From Antedon mediterranea (taxonomy: Eukaryota; Animalia; Echinodermata): a stretch of 64,000 nt of DNA. The notes below the pieces were generated by a model that searched no databases, was not told where the DNA came from, and worked only from the letters and a program-made list of their open reading frames with translations. Numbering within the stretch: position 1 is the first letter of the stretch; each line of letters starts with the position of its first letter. Position numbers and translations under genes: made by a program. The DNA is taken from assembly GCF_964355755.1 (NCBI RefSeq), contig NC_092673.1:6076001-6140000 (forward strand). The letters run 5' to 3'. Below are positions 12,825 to 27,400 of the stretch, one piece after another.

Positions 12825-15800
12825 CAATCTTTTCCATTTCCATCTCTACCTTAGTCACTTCAGTAATAAGGTCATCACGTCTCAGTTTTTGTAATTGCTC
12901 TTTAAGTTTACCATACTGACCAACAGAAAATATTTTCCGCTTCTGTTGTGCCGTGAAAATTTCTTCGATATCGTCTGCAAAGTCTTCAACTTCTCGAGCT
13001 CTAAATCCGCCAAACTCCTTAAGACGTGTTTTGTATTTTTTTACTTCTTTTGAGGTCAATTCACGACTGATATCATCTAACAAATCACTGTTTAGTTCTC
13101 TTGCCCTTTCTTCAATGATTTTATCATGAGGGTAGCTTATGTCATATTCTCTATGGGAACGCTCTGACGGAAGGACGAGTACGGGTTGAAGACTCTGTGA
13201 GTGAGGTTGTCTGTCAGGACCAGATGTGGACGGATCGATACCTTGAAAAGATATATATATTTTAAGCTTAAACAAAATATATTTTAAAGCTTAAACGATA
13301 GAAATAAAAGTATAAAAATATGTTATGTTAATGTCGGATAAATTGTTAACTTTTTTCATTCTAATGTTTACTGTATAAATATAATTTATGGTTGTTAATA
13401 ATTCATTGTAGATAGCAGAGTTATCAGTAGTTTGATCACATTTCGTTTGAATATAAGAAAGATAATTATAGAAAGAAAATAAAAAGAAAGATAAAAGGAA
13501 AACAATAATGAAAGAAGAAAAATGATTGAAAAAAGATAAAGAAAATTGAAAAAAAGAAAACAAAGAACAATTAAAAAAGAAAGAACAAAAAAATTAAAAC
13601 AGAAAAACGGGGAAAAACGGAAGGAAAAAGAAAGTACCAACGATAGTGTTTCCATGGTACATAGACTCACTCGTAATTAAGTTGTGTCGAAGAATTAGCA
13701 AAAGCTAGCTCGACCAAAAACCTAAGTTTTAATCATTATATATTGCATCATCAAAAAGAAATTCTTATCAATAAGAAAATAATATTAAAGGAAATAAAAT
13801 ATAAGGATAGAAAAGGATAGACATGAAGTAAAAAGAAAGACCAAAAATTGAAAAAGTGGTTAAATTGTGTATGGTGTGCTTGCTATTATTTTTTAAACTT
13901 TAAACCTACTATATATGTAAGTTTAGTCTAGTAAGTTCCAAGGTTAATACTGTCCTGTCTGCTGTTCTGTTGTCTGGTTTTGTTTAGACGTGTTGGTGTT
14001 TGTTTCGTTTGTTAATACATGTTTAGTTTCTATGCAAACTATTTGAATCGGGTTTTGAATCGAAAATTGCAAAATGGTGTTGTGTTTATACTGTAATATA
14101 AATAATGTGTTTCATTTTTTAGAATGTTTATTGAGTGTATATTGTAACAACACATTGTCATCATTGCGATGTAATAATATAATACTTTATTTCAAACAAA
14201 CAAAAGATACATTTTTGCCCAAAAAAAGGAATACGGGATTTACATTTCTATGAAAGTTGGAAAACAGTTAAAAAATTTATTTATCGCTTCTCCCAAACAC
14301 TTAATAATAATTATTATATTTCTTTCCTAAGCGATTATGAAAGTTTGTATAGAAAAATAAATCTTAAATATGTATTGTCCCTTGAAACACACAAAAATTT
14401 AAGTCAAAATATTCTAAATTTTAATTGGCCATATTAAAGTAATATTAAAGTTATTCACTTTATGTCGAAAATTTATGCCAAAAACAACAATTGTACGTAA
14501 TTAACAGGTAAATTAGTTTGATTACATTTCGTCTGGAAAATCGTCACGAGCGAAAGTAAACAAAGATTTCAAACCAAGAGGATGCATTATGCATGATGCT
14601 AATTAGGATTGTTTACAACTTGTCACGGTTGAGAAGGTGTTTTCACACAGATCGTGACGAAGTTTATGATTATGAATACAGAGTAGCCAAACATTATGAG
14701 ATATGTTTTGATCGAAAAGTTATTTTTTGAACTAAAAAACGTCTGTATTTCAGTTAAATAATTTTTTTTCGACTAATTTTTAGGGAAAGTTAACTATTAT
14801 GATACTTCAAAATGACCCACTTTTTTTCGAAATCTTCTAATTTTAATTTTTTTGGAATTTGACAAAGGGACAATACATCTTTAACTGAGAAGACAATTAC
14901 ATTTCTTAAAATGTCGTAATTTGTAATATATCAAGCTGTCGAAATTTTTAATAAAGTCTTTCGTATTGTGTAATAATAGTTATCTAAATTACAATTTTCT
15001 GCTTATAAACTTATGTTAAAGAAATATTATTGTTTACAGTTGAATTCATTATGTCAATGGTCAAACTAAACATATTAATTTTATATGCTTCTAGATATCT
15101 ATCGGTCGGTCGTTTGGTCGGTCTTCCACATCCCCATTACATGTTGTTTAACCACATTGAATTGTTGATATACTGATTAATTTTTAAAAGTACAGTTAAC
15201 AACTTACCGTATTCAAGCAAAACATAGGTATGCTGGTTTCCGCTAAAAACTAATACACGGCGTAACACATGGTGTTGTTGGAATTAAGAACGTTTTAATT
15301 TCATTTAATATTAATTTTAATGTCATATAATATAATGTTGACTTTGACCAAAAATTGGATCCAACAAAACGTGTATAGCTGAACAAATTGTGTTGGTTTG
15401 TTTTTCTACGGGAGTGAATACGTTGATTAAAACCTCCAAATTACCTATTAAAATTCTGATTTGACAAATGTTCATTTTTTATATATATCAACTGTTACTG
15501 CATTGATATTGAATAGGCCTATGTATTTGTTTTGTGCAGCTCATTACTTTTGATCGTTGATATTTATTGGAAGTAAAAATAAAGCTTACCATCGCTGGCC
15601 GTTTCCTCAAGTCTTTTTTTCATATTCCCTTTTTCTGAATGCTTATATTCGATACCCCAAAATACGTCACTAGCTTTTTTGTCAAGAAGCTTTGAAAAAC
15701 GTTCCACCGACTTCTTTTCATCCACCAAATGATCCTCCCTCTCCAGAAAAACTACAAAATCCCAAATATTGTTAAAATTTAGATGATCTAGGCTGTAGTG

Positions 15801-16190
15801 GGCGAGCATGGTTTGTACTTTTGTTGAATTTTGTCTTAAAGCTTTAAAAAGCCTTTTGCGATATTCTGTTATTGGTTTGCCATCGGTAAAGCTGTACTCT
15901 TCATTGTTGTTTGGATGATTCAGTTTAAACTCTTTGATTAAGTCTATCGCTTTCTTTTCTTCGGTTACTTTTGCGATGTCTGAGAGAATTTCTACATCAG
16001 TAGGGTTACTCTGAATATAACCGGTTCTTTCAAGTTCATTAAACCATTCGAGTGCTGGGACATCTTCTTTACTTAAAACCTCTCCAGAGCAGTGGTCATT
16101 TAGTAGAAGTCTTAGCCACAAGCGCTTCACACCTTCATATCTGTTACTTAAATACGCAAGTAATTCTACAAATTCTTCTCTGGTTGCCAT
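12825..16190 (-). CDS. Triple-DED protein (DED-DED-linker-DED), no protease exons found; exons 15590-16190 and 12825-13241, possible terminal exon 11724-11815
   Basis: Exon 1: CTAG|AAAATG...GATG|GTAAG. Exon 2: CAAG|GTATC...ATTG|GTAAG. Phases match (1/1), giving ...ASDG-IDPST... Exon 2 DED contains LLDDISREL and an RxDL-type motif (LRRDDL). Confidence 0.75.
14364..14884. mobile_element. Non-autonomous TTAA-flanked DNA transposon (Kolobok-like termini)
   Basis: TTAA-A(G/T)ATGTATTGTCCC ... GGGACAATACATCT-TTAA. A near-full second copy lies at 44719-45251, and the same TIRs occur at 20852-21176 and 38214-38486. Confidence 0.75.
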
Positions 16191-16309
16191 TTTCTAGAAA
16201 CAAAAACCACACACACACAATACAATGTTAATAGTCATAACAAAATGTAATAGAGAGATAGATTGCATTTGATCATAATAGATATGGTAATGATTCCATT
16301 AAGTGATTT

Positions 16310-16770
16310 ATTATGGGTGATTAAAACATCATTTGTAGAATATACTGATTGCTATTAAAGTTTAATATCTAAGAATAGTAGTATATTAACAGAAAGAACA
16401 CATCGTTTTGTTTTATTTTTGATATATTATGAATATTGATCACCTCAACTCATACGTTATCATTTGTAGAATATACTGATTGCTATTAAAGATTAATATC
16501 CAAGAATAATATAGTCTATTAAATTTGTATTAACAGAAAGAACACACATTTTGGTTTGGGTTTTGTTTTCGTTTGATATATTATTATGGGTGATTAAAAC
16601 AACCTGTAAACATTTAATGTGTGGATCTTTTCTGAATATTGATCACCTATTATAATTTATCAGAATATACTGATTGCTATTAAAGTTTAATAATATTTTA
16701 AAATAGTAAATTTGTATTAACAGAAGAAACACACAGTTTTGTCTGTTATTTTCGTTTGATATATTATGTA
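16310..16770. repeat. Degenerate tandem triplication of an ~150-bp unit
   Basis: AGAATATACTGATTGCTATTAAAG and TATTAACAGAA(A)GAACACA each occur three times. Confidence 0.75.
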
Positions 16771-18243
16771 ACTCTGCGGAGCTGTGTCGGTTTTTAATTC
16801 AATTCAACGTAAACATTTATTTTCTTTCTTTCAATCAATAATAAAACAAATGAATAAGGTATTAAAAAAAAGTAAGTTATGTTTTGCAATTTGACCTGAT
16901 GAATGTACTGCTGGCAAAACATATTTTTAGTGGAATACCATGGATGAAACCAAGTATATTTTTATAGATTATATATCTCGCTCTTACCAATGGTATAGAA
17001 CAATGTAATCAGACGATCTAATAATCTCGTACTCTTACTGTATATACTTCTATTGTATGTGTAACAAACAAAAACACCGCCTTTCTTGTTCTTGTAATTG
17101 TTATGTTCTTTTATATTCTTTACATATAATAAAGAATACATTATATAAAATAAATAATATATATTAACGTGTTCACCGCCTCGAATACATTTTTCTATAG
17201 TTATTCTTATGAACGAAAATAGATGTTTGTTTGTATAATTCTATTTGTTTATACTATTTTTTTAATACAAAGAAATGGAAATAAAGGTCGTTGTTTTCTC
17301 GGGACAGATAAACTATTATACTTATAGTTTTAATAGATTATTAAGCAAATCACTTCCTTCTAACAGGGAAGAGTTAAATTACTCTTCCCTGCTTCTAAAT
17401 ACTTTACTTATTTACGGTATAAACAACCCCTATAAAACTCATGTTATCATTCGTGATATAATGAAATAGGTCTATCCATATTTGATTATGAAAGATATCG
17501 ATCCTGTCAAATAATAGTTATTCATTTTGATCACAAATTGGTTATTTTACACATTTGTGTGCGCGCTCTTTTTTACATTTGTGGATGATGTGTTTCACAA
17601 TTGTGGATGTTTTCACATTTTGTGGGTGATGCGTTTTTACATTTGTGGTTGTTTTCACATTTGTGGGTCCAATCTTCCTAGCTACATTTTAAATTCTTCT
17701 TAATTTCTTAAATCCAAATCAATTATTGTTGGTCCGGTATACATTATCCGCCGCGAAACACCAATTAAAAAAAGGACAATTTCGGTTTTTGGTTAGTGTC
17801 TGAATTCAGGGGATACACCTATTAGGGAAACAATTTTGGGTCCAAAAGGTGTGCTGTAAGGATCATACTGTATTAGAGAACTATCTGTGAACACGTCCTA
17901 GACGGTATTATCATGAAAAAATAAAATTACATACCTGACAGATACTTAAGACTGAACTGGTCACCCACTACTTTTATTCAGAATGCGACTTGCTGGCTCA
18001 TACTAATAGTGCTTCCATCAGTGGTGTTTACAGGCTAATCCATTAGACAAATAGGGAAGTCTTTATCAAACCTAACGATAAAGTATACTGTATTTTTATA
18101 CATTGTCTTTAGCAGGAATAGAAGTGGTATGTCACGGCAATGTTGATGACGTGGTGGTAACCAATTCGACACTCACTATTAATACATTATTTCGTTTCCT
18201 TTCCTTATAGTAAATAGGTCTATATTATCAATGTCAGTAAAAA

Positions 18244-18412
18244 CCAAGGCAATCTAACAACATGACACTGAGTTCCCCTTGCCAAGAAAGTAACTCGTAC
18301 GGTACAATAATCTCCATCCATGTCTATTAAGGGACGTGAAACTGTTCGTGTCGCAGCCACAGATAAACCCTTTCATCTCCGGAGCTCAGAATATGTTGTT
18401 AGATTGCCTTGG
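18244..18412. mobile_element. MITE with 20-bp TIR
   Basis: CCAAGGCAATCTAACAACAT ... ATGTTGTTAGATTGCCTTGG. Confidence 0.65.
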
Positions 18413-19072
18413 TGTGACATGCAACAAATATTTAACTAGATTTTAACTCATCACTTGACGATAATTTCGAAGACATTTAATAAAAGTAAGTAAATGGTAG
18501 GTCATTCAAGATTGTTTCAACAACAACATACCGATGTGACAAAATGTTCTGTATACGTCACCTATCCGCAAACATACAAGTGGTGCGTTTGCATAGCCAT
18601 AGCGGAGATTGTTCAGAAGGAGCACACGTGACAAAATATTTACTGTAAATATATATCCAAATTTAAACAATTGTATTATCATCTTGAATACAATCTATCT
18701 TTATTCCGTAATTGGAATGCAAGTATATAATGTTACGATTTTGGTTCAAATTTACAACTATAGTGCTAAACAATTTCTCAAATATTCACTTCCTATTTTG
18801 GCACTAAGAATGAATTGATATTGATTTTAGGCATCGTGAAAATTAGGCCTACCGCAACCAGGCAACAGGCATTCAATAATAACGGAATTAACCTGCGCTC
18901 TTCGTCAGTGAGTATTTTACGGCTGCTGCTTCACATGTAACAATAACGTAATAAGGTGTGCATTCCTTTACAATCACCGAATATCATACGACACCAGAGT
19001 AGCACCTGCATAGCACAGCATTCATGACGAACAAAACAACTATAAACCAATCAAAATCTATATACTGCTTGA

Positions 19073-19375
19073 ATGAGTTGAACAACATCGGCAAGGGTTC
19101 GAGGCCGACTCGCTATAGTTCTGGTGGTGGAACAAGTCTTCTCGGATAAGGACTATAAACCGTAGGTCCAGTGTACACAGTTATAACCTGTGTGTACTTT
19201 AAAGAAACCAAGTTCATTATTCGAAAAAGAGTAGGGGGTTACCCCGGTGAACTGGTTCACACAATAGCCCCTGTATCAGGGGGATTACCACCTATCTGAT
19301 AGGACAGTGATTAATTCACTATTGGTAATCCTTGGCCACATTGCCTAAAGACATAAAATAAATAAATAAATAAAC
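19073..19375 (+). mobile_element. Deu-domain SINE copy
   Basis: Matches the core of 5276-5580 and ends in a (TAAA)n tail. Confidence 0.75.
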
Positions 19376-22300
19376 AATTAAGCACCGGTAGGACAATTGT
19401 ATCAGTAACCGGAGATAATTACCTAAGTAAGAATATAGTAAAAACGGGCACGGATAACCGAGATGCGCTCTATAGAATGTGATAAAAGAGAAGGAAATCC
19501 TGTTTTTAAAATTCAGGTGGTCACATCAAGACGTCGCTTTAGATCAATATTGTACATGAATATTGACTTTCATATTAATTAAAAAGAAATAGTGGCGTCA
19601 CCTTTGATTCGGAGGAGCTAAATGAAATTATATATTGTATTTTTTTCACACAATTCCCTTTGCGGTTGTCGTTATTTCACATTTTAACTGCATGAAAATA
19701 ATTTATCAAGTATTGCATGAAGAGCAAAATCAAGTGCAAAACAGACTTGCGTTACAACCGGCCGTATGTGCGACTGAATGTTCAAAATCACGGCCAATGC
19801 GAACGGCCAATTGAAATATTTCATGTAAAAAACAAGACATTTTTTTAAACCATATTTAATGAGGGTGATCCATCCAGCAATTGCTGATCATTAGGGACCC
19901 TCAGAGGTTCACAAGACAAACATATACACAAGATGCTCTACATAAACAAAGTCTTATTACAAGTCTTTGGGAGTGGAGTTGTAAATTTGTCCTTATATGT
20001 GACGGGACTTGAACCCAGGAACCTTGGAGTGGTAGCCAAGCATCATAACCACAAAGCCACAACTCCACTCTGGAAATTTAGCGTAGATGACAGGATGTAA
20101 AATAATATATATATAATGCTGAAAAGTTTTCATTTATATTCAAGATGAAGGCAAATAATTATAAAAATGCTCACTGCCTACCAATTATTAGATATTACAC
20201 GCACAAAAATTACATGTGCAAGAGGAATCACGCTGAAAACGCACATTTTCTAGTCCAGATCAAGCCAATCTTGAGATATTGCAAACGCAAAAAAGATCAA
20301 CAACACTGAAAAGCTTACATTCCAAGATGAAGGTGAATGATTATGAAAACGTTCATTTCAACAGCACAACTTTGTGGAAGAAAGAAAGAACTAAGAATAC
20401 AGTGTGATTTTCGCCAATCACAATAGGTGACCTGCCTGATAGAAGCGGATCACCTAATTATTTATTGCGCAACCAACAGAGCTATAATACTACAACACAC
20501 AGAATTCATTTGAAATGAACAGAGATTACATACAAATAAATTATAGTAATTATCAATTATTGATTAATACTTTTTTAGCTCGGAATGTAAAGCGAATGTA
20601 CTAACTAACTTAAATACTCCATATATGGCATTATGTTACAGCGGAAAATGCTTAGCAAACGTTAACAGCAATATTTAAAATACATATAATTTCAGTTTGT
20701 ACTGGTAAAAAGTTTAAGATGTACTATTTCTATCGTTACATGTAAAAGTTGAAATTAAATTAATCATAAATTATACTTCAGAAAAATCTAAAACAATTAA
20801 TGAATACATTTTTTGTTGACTGTCCACTTCATTTTATTTGCCACCCATCATTTAAAGATGTATTGTCCCCCTGAAAATGTTTAAAATGTGTTTGTTGAAT
20901 TATGCCATTTAAATGTCACATAATAGTTATCCACTTTGAACACAAATTGAATCGAAAAAAAAATCTATTTTTTACCTGAAAAAACTGTAATTTAAAGCAA
21001 AAAATAGTCAAATGGGTTTTTGGTTGAATTTGACTATTTATTTTGTCATTTTATATAAGAAAATGTTTTCCCCGGTTTTTTTTTACAGAAGGGATTAAAA
21101 CTACAAAATAACCTATTCAAAGTTTGATTTAATTAATCTTCATTTTTCATGTTTTTTGGGGACAATACATCTTTTAAAATAATATATCAATGAATTCAAG
21201 TGTGTTCAGGTTAAATTTCTTATTAATGAAATATTGAAGTACTGTGTCCTTGATGCTTTATGTTGGAAGCACAGGCGATCATTGTGACGGGTATTTACAG
21301 ACAAAATGAATTTATTTAATGATAATTATATGATCAACTTAAATTTTTACAGATAAGAAGAAACGTTCTACCTTAAATACTATAACTAACTACTTAAGCT
21401 GCGTCAGAAAATATAATATAAAATATTAATGATAAAACTTAATTTATGTAAACTATATATTGTTGCTATATTTTATGAATAATAATTCTCAATGGTATTT
21501 AATTTCAGACAGTGTTCGAAGCTGCAATGGATCACTTTATCAAAAATATATATACTGTAACATCTATATCAGTGAGCCATCAAACACAAACTATTTTTTG
21601 ATAATGAAATCAATATAAATTGCAAATATGCGAAAAAATCAGGGGTAAAGAAGATTTCAGAACAGAAACTCAAACTTCATGCCATGAGACCCATTCGGTA
21701 TGGCTATGAAACGGAAAAACAACATTAAACTAATATATAATACAGAATTCTTTATGTCTACAGAAAATGTTGGATTTGATGAAGTAATAGCTTTATACTG
21801 TAAACAAAGAATTTGATTATTTAATTTTCACTTTCAATTAGGTTATGCAATATCTACTGTACTTGTCAGTTTCATGGACATAAAAATGGAATGTGATAAA
21901 AGTTTCTACCCAAGGTATCTTGATGCAACATTACATGCTGTCTTTAAAAATTCATAATACAAAAAAAAGAATCAGAACTATCTCCTGAAATGCACACAAC
22001 TATTTTTCGTATAAAACATCTTTGTCAATGCTTGGGCCAATGCCCTAACAATACTGTATGATCTTGTTGTTGTACATGAGCTATCTCCAAAAAACTAATT
22101 TGATAATAAAATGTTTGTGCAATGAGGAATATGTTTAATAGGCCTAAATGCAAAAACAAGCAAACATGGGTTTCCTATCTTTTCAGGATCTATGGATCTT
22201 TGCCTGTATTTACTATTTATTAAAATCATACTAATAATTAATAGCTTAATTAATTAAATATTAATAGCTTAATTAATATGATAGTTATCATTTTGGAATA

Positions 22301-24452
22301 ATAACTCTCACAATATTTGAAAAGGTGCAAAAAATAACACATGTGTATTATAAAACATTAGATGGCGATTCAACACAATTAATAATTGCAAAGAGAAAAA
22401 CATTTTGGCACATATGGCATGTCATATCAATACTTGAGCTGGAATAACATAGTGCTTTAAGCTTAACATTTTACACAATAACAAAAAACATATCAGTACG
22501 CTCACAAATTAGCAACCCTTTTTAGCAACTAGGCACCAATAAAATCTAAGTTCGTATTTATGTATAACCTTCCATGTATCGAATAATATCTATTTAAAAT
22601 CACACATCTTGCTATAACATAAATATAGGGGGTAAAAATAATATATTATAAATATGGAAGAATTGAAATGCTCTCTTTGGAGCCGGGTGCGGTTATTTCA
22701 ACATTCGAACTAGTACGCTTTACTAAGTATTTTCATAATGTAATTTTATTTATTTTATGACGAATTAATTTTTATCTATTTTATTTTTAAAAGATTTTTT
22801 TACTTTACCGTCACTGCGCATAATAATTTTAACATTTATTAAAAAGCTATTTACAAATATAGAATACCAAAATTCACTATTGCAAAGCAGACAATTTAGG
22901 TACAATTTTTCAATAATTTAAGATAGCCTATGTTACTAACACTATTATTTTTAACAAATAACAATACAATTCGGCATGATTATATTTAGAATTTAACGAT
23001 ACATTTAATTTCGTAGACCAAAAGCTTATTTTATCTCTTAAAAAGAGGAAAATGAAAAACTCTTTCCATTCTTTCATTATTTTTTTTTAAACTTACCTAT
23101 GTTCTAAAAAAGCTAAAAAAAAAAATTCTCAAGTTTTCTTTTATTCTTGATGGGAAATTGTTCAGCTGAATAACTAAAAGTTTTCGTGAGATGTTCAGAA
23201 AATGTCATAAAAATTATAATTTTATATCATGGATGATAAAACGTAAAAGAGGTAAAACAAATAAAATGATGTAGATACAAGTCTAATAGGAATAACTGTA
23301 TTGTATTGAATTGAATTGTTTGTTCAAATGAGATGTACTAATGACATTCTCAATCTCAAATGAAATCCATTGTGTCCAACTGAATTAATTTCTAAACACA
23401 ATAGTACTGAGATTATATTATAACACTATATAAAACCTATTTGCCATCCACAAGTATATGTTTCTTTATGCAAAATTTCTTTTTTTAATTTGATTAAATG
23501 GTTTCATAGATTCTACTTCTATAATTTTTCACCTAATAATTGTAATGTCTTGAGGTAAATTGCGGCATAACAAATTTATGTCTCAATTTTCTTATCCATT
23601 TCATAAATTTTATCATAATTTTTATTTTATACGTTTAAGAAAATATATCATTTGTTTCCGAAATATTGATTTTTATTTATACTTGTTAAAATTAATTAGA
23701 CCAATCAAAATATAGTATATAAGTGGTTGCATTCAGATACACCACATATATGTCATTAACAAAGTCTTTTGTAATATTGTAAAATCAATTTACAAAATTT
23801 TCTATTAGAAAGTTGTCAGTTTAGGGAGCTGCAAAATGAATACCTTATATAAAATTTTCCTTAAACACCTACAAATTTAATTTATTTTAAAACTTACTTA
23901 CTATTAAAACTCTGCTACACATGTCATAGTAAATTTGTGGAGTAATGGTGAGGAAATGAAATTAGTTCTGTGCGGCGTCCTTTGTTGCATAAATCGCCTG
24001 CTTGTCCAATTGTCTATTCATTAGTTTAGCTATCTATTAAATACAAATAATCTAACATATCAGCTGCTAGGTATAAACAATAATTGGAGAGTTGCCCAAA
24101 AGACAAAAATGTACAGTTACAAATAAGATAAATGTTGAAGATAATTATTTTTACAAATCAGCTGCTACTGTATCCAAAACTTCAACGACATGAAAACAAG
24201 AAACTCACTAAAAACCATAAAATTACCAAAATTAGATTCTAGTATCCAAATTACTCATCAGACTTTATGAAAAAAGAAAGAAAATTGATTATTTCAATGA
24301 AATTCATCAGCTGCTGATTGTAACCACTAAGTGATTAAAATACAAAGAAAAAAATACAAGAAAAAATAATTTTAAATAAAATTCAAAGTATGAAATATGA
24401 AACGATCACATGATCGTTGATTCCCATCAATGGTAACAATGAGGAGATACAA

Positions 24453-27400
24453 CTACTTCACATAAAAAAACCTTGTGAAAGTTGACGTGAAACAAGGCAT
24501 TTGTTTACCAAGAACTTTAGAATTTTTATCATGAGCATCACGGCGTGAAACCTTATCATTCACTCGTGTCAGAACGTCAAGTAGGTGTTCACCTTCGTAG
24601 TAAAATTTTGCCTGAACGAACATGCAATAGAAAATCCAAGCTCCATGGTCCTCATTTCGCCAGCCTTTACCACCTGGAAAATACAAAATTCAGTTATATA
24701 ATCCGTAGAAAATTAACATAAACGCTGGTTCATTCTTTCAATACCAGGTCTTCCCCATTTTTTATTCTGCCAAAAAAGGAAAGACAATTAATTCAGCAAC
24801 GAGCTAGGCCTATGGATAGCGGACAATGTTTCTATGTTACCGCTCTTTACCAGGTAGGCCTACTAGCTAATTTAGGCCTAAAGCCATCACAGGAGGACAT
24901 ATCTCAATTTCTCTTTGGGAGTCAGGAAAAAAACAAACAAACAAAACAAAAATATCCCAATAATGTATAAAATTATTATTTAGGCTTTATTAGAAAACTA
25001 GAGCATTGTATTTCCCGGAAAGTGCCAGGAATATTCTATGCTTTTGCATCTATAGTTTGATGATTTTGTTTAAATATTATATTGTCCATGCTTTTATAAA
25101 TTTTCTCTGAATATTTCACTTTCCAAGTTGGCACCCTTTTATACAGTATGTACCTTTGCTTGTGTCGTGGATGACAACAGTGTCGGCATTCTTTGGCACA
25201 GTAACAGAACTCGACAAATTTTGCCCATCATAAAAACTGATTCCACTGCTATCATCAGATGTGTCTGATAAACTCCTACATGCCTGGAATATCAATACCT
25301 TCGGTTTGCCTGAAAGAAAATAATATTAATGAGATGGTGCAACACTAAGAACCAACGTGTGACTTTAAAATATAACTGTTGTGTCATAAGATGCTTAAAG
25401 ACCCATTCCCTACGTTTTTTAGATCTAATTTAAGGTCACAAACTACTATAAATATTATATGGTCCTATTTAGATAACTTTTTCGTCTTTAAACGGTTAAA
25501 AATGTGAAAAATAAGTTGATTCTAGTAATTTTAGCGGCCCGCTATAAATCCCAAAATGCATTGCGCACGGATTGATATTTTTGTTTTTGTTCTGTAATTC
25601 AGCAATTCAACTTTTCCATCATATCTTTTCAGTGAAAATACCGGGTTTTCCCCAATTTGTATCAACGGAGTCTGTCAAAAATAGAAAGACAATTAATGCA
25701 GCAACTATACAACGTCAGGCTAGGTATATAACTAGCGTACGATGTTCGTACATTACCGATGTTTACCAGCTAGGCCTACAAAACTAAGCCTAGCTAGGCT
25801 AGGCCTAAAGACCGTACCAATCTCATAAAAGTGGTTTTGACGTAAAATAATTTGGTCAGGAAATTGAGAAAAATGTATTCAATTCACAATGTACAGTAGG
25901 AAGAAAATGGATGGTAATATGTACAGTAAAATACATTGATTGTTGATTTTTTTTTAATTTTTCACAAAAATATTCACTTTCTACTCACCAAGCATAAAAT
26001 ACTCAAATTTTGAAACTATTTCATCAACTGGTACATAAACATCTTTTTCCAACAATTGAATACCCTCCTAAAAAAAGAAATTTTCATTTATACTTTTTTA
26101 TTTATACGCCTGTCAATTCAGCTATTAAAAGGTGTAATTTAATTGCAATTTGATCAATGTATTAAGGGACTCATACCACGACCTACATATCACAACCTGA
26201 CTCAAATCTAACCCTCGTCATCAGCGCAAGCTCAGTAGTCTAGAGGTACAGTAGTGATGTGGAGGTCTTTGAAAAATTATAGTGCCAAAGTCTGGAAGAA
26301 TTCTACTGCCAAAGTCTGGAAGAATTCTACTGCCAAAGTCTGGAAGAATTCTACTGCCAAAGTCTGGAAGAATTTTACTGCCAAAGTCTTGAAGAATTCT
26401 ACTGCCAAAGTCTGGAAGAATTCTACTGCCAAAGTCTGGAAGAATTCTACTGCAAAAGTCTGGAAGAATTTTACTGCCAAAGTCTGGAAGAATTCTACTG
26501 CCAAAGTCTGGAAGAATTCTACTGCCAAAGTCTGGAAGAATTCTACTGCCAAAGTTTGGAAGAATTCTACTGCCAAAGTATGGAAGAATGTCAGTGTACA
26601 AAGTGCAAGTTAAAGAACTTGGTACACTGTATTCGCAAAAAGTAGGGGATCGTCTCCTGGTGTGCTGATCTGGTAGGCGCTGCACTGCTGGCTGCCATGG
26701 GTCCACATGGAGGGCCTAATCCGAATTTCCTCAGTTTTCAGTTAAGCTTGAGGACAATATATAAATACCTATACCTTTTGGAATTAACTATTTAATTAAT
26801 AAAATGGCCTTACCGATGCGATGATTGGCTTTTTTGTTGCATTGTCTATAACAATTTCTCCTGATTTATTTTTTAATGGAATTCCTTTTCCGTGGCTGGA
26901 TATGATAAAAAAAAAACTGCTGTATTTGTTTTCTACTTTTTTTTTAACCTCTTTTATTATATCCCATAAGTCTTCGGATTTTGATACATCTGGACAGAAT
27001 TCAAGGTCGTAACCTTCCCTGAAGAATTCAGAAATATTTTTTTTGTCTTGTTGAACACCTTAAAAAAAACAAAATAATTACGATTAATTAACAACTGGTA
27101 TTTATTTTTTGTCACTGTGTTTCATACTTGATTTAAAATGAAATAGATATACAAATTAAAGTAGTAAATCAAACAAAAAATTTATTGCGAAAGAAAATGC
27201 TAAGCTTTCGGAAAATATTCAGTCATTCACAATCCAGCCAGTAAACTAGGAAAACCACTGGCCTTCCTACATACATTTCCATCCATTTACCAGCAAGCTG
27301 ACTTCTTCGATCACAAGTTTCACTTACCAGGTCTAGGTACACCAGTGTGGTCAGGTAGGTGGAAAAAGTTTGAAATATATAGTACATATCCTCTGCCAGG

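Noticed and set aside
13291-13670. Phe/Leu-rich hydrophobic ORFs (also 86-355 and 36627-36815)
   Set aside because: Translations of A/T-rich low-complexity intronic sequence.
16890-16925. CTGATGA hammerhead-like start
   Set aside because: No stem II pairing and no GAAA core; at most a decayed copy. The same applies to CTGATGA at about 2126, 24305 and 60405.
26221-26706. Repetitive ORFs / CRISPR-like array
   Set aside because: A 24-bp tandem repeat with no unique spacers, in a eukaryotic intron; the ORFs arise because the unit is a stop-free multiple of 3.
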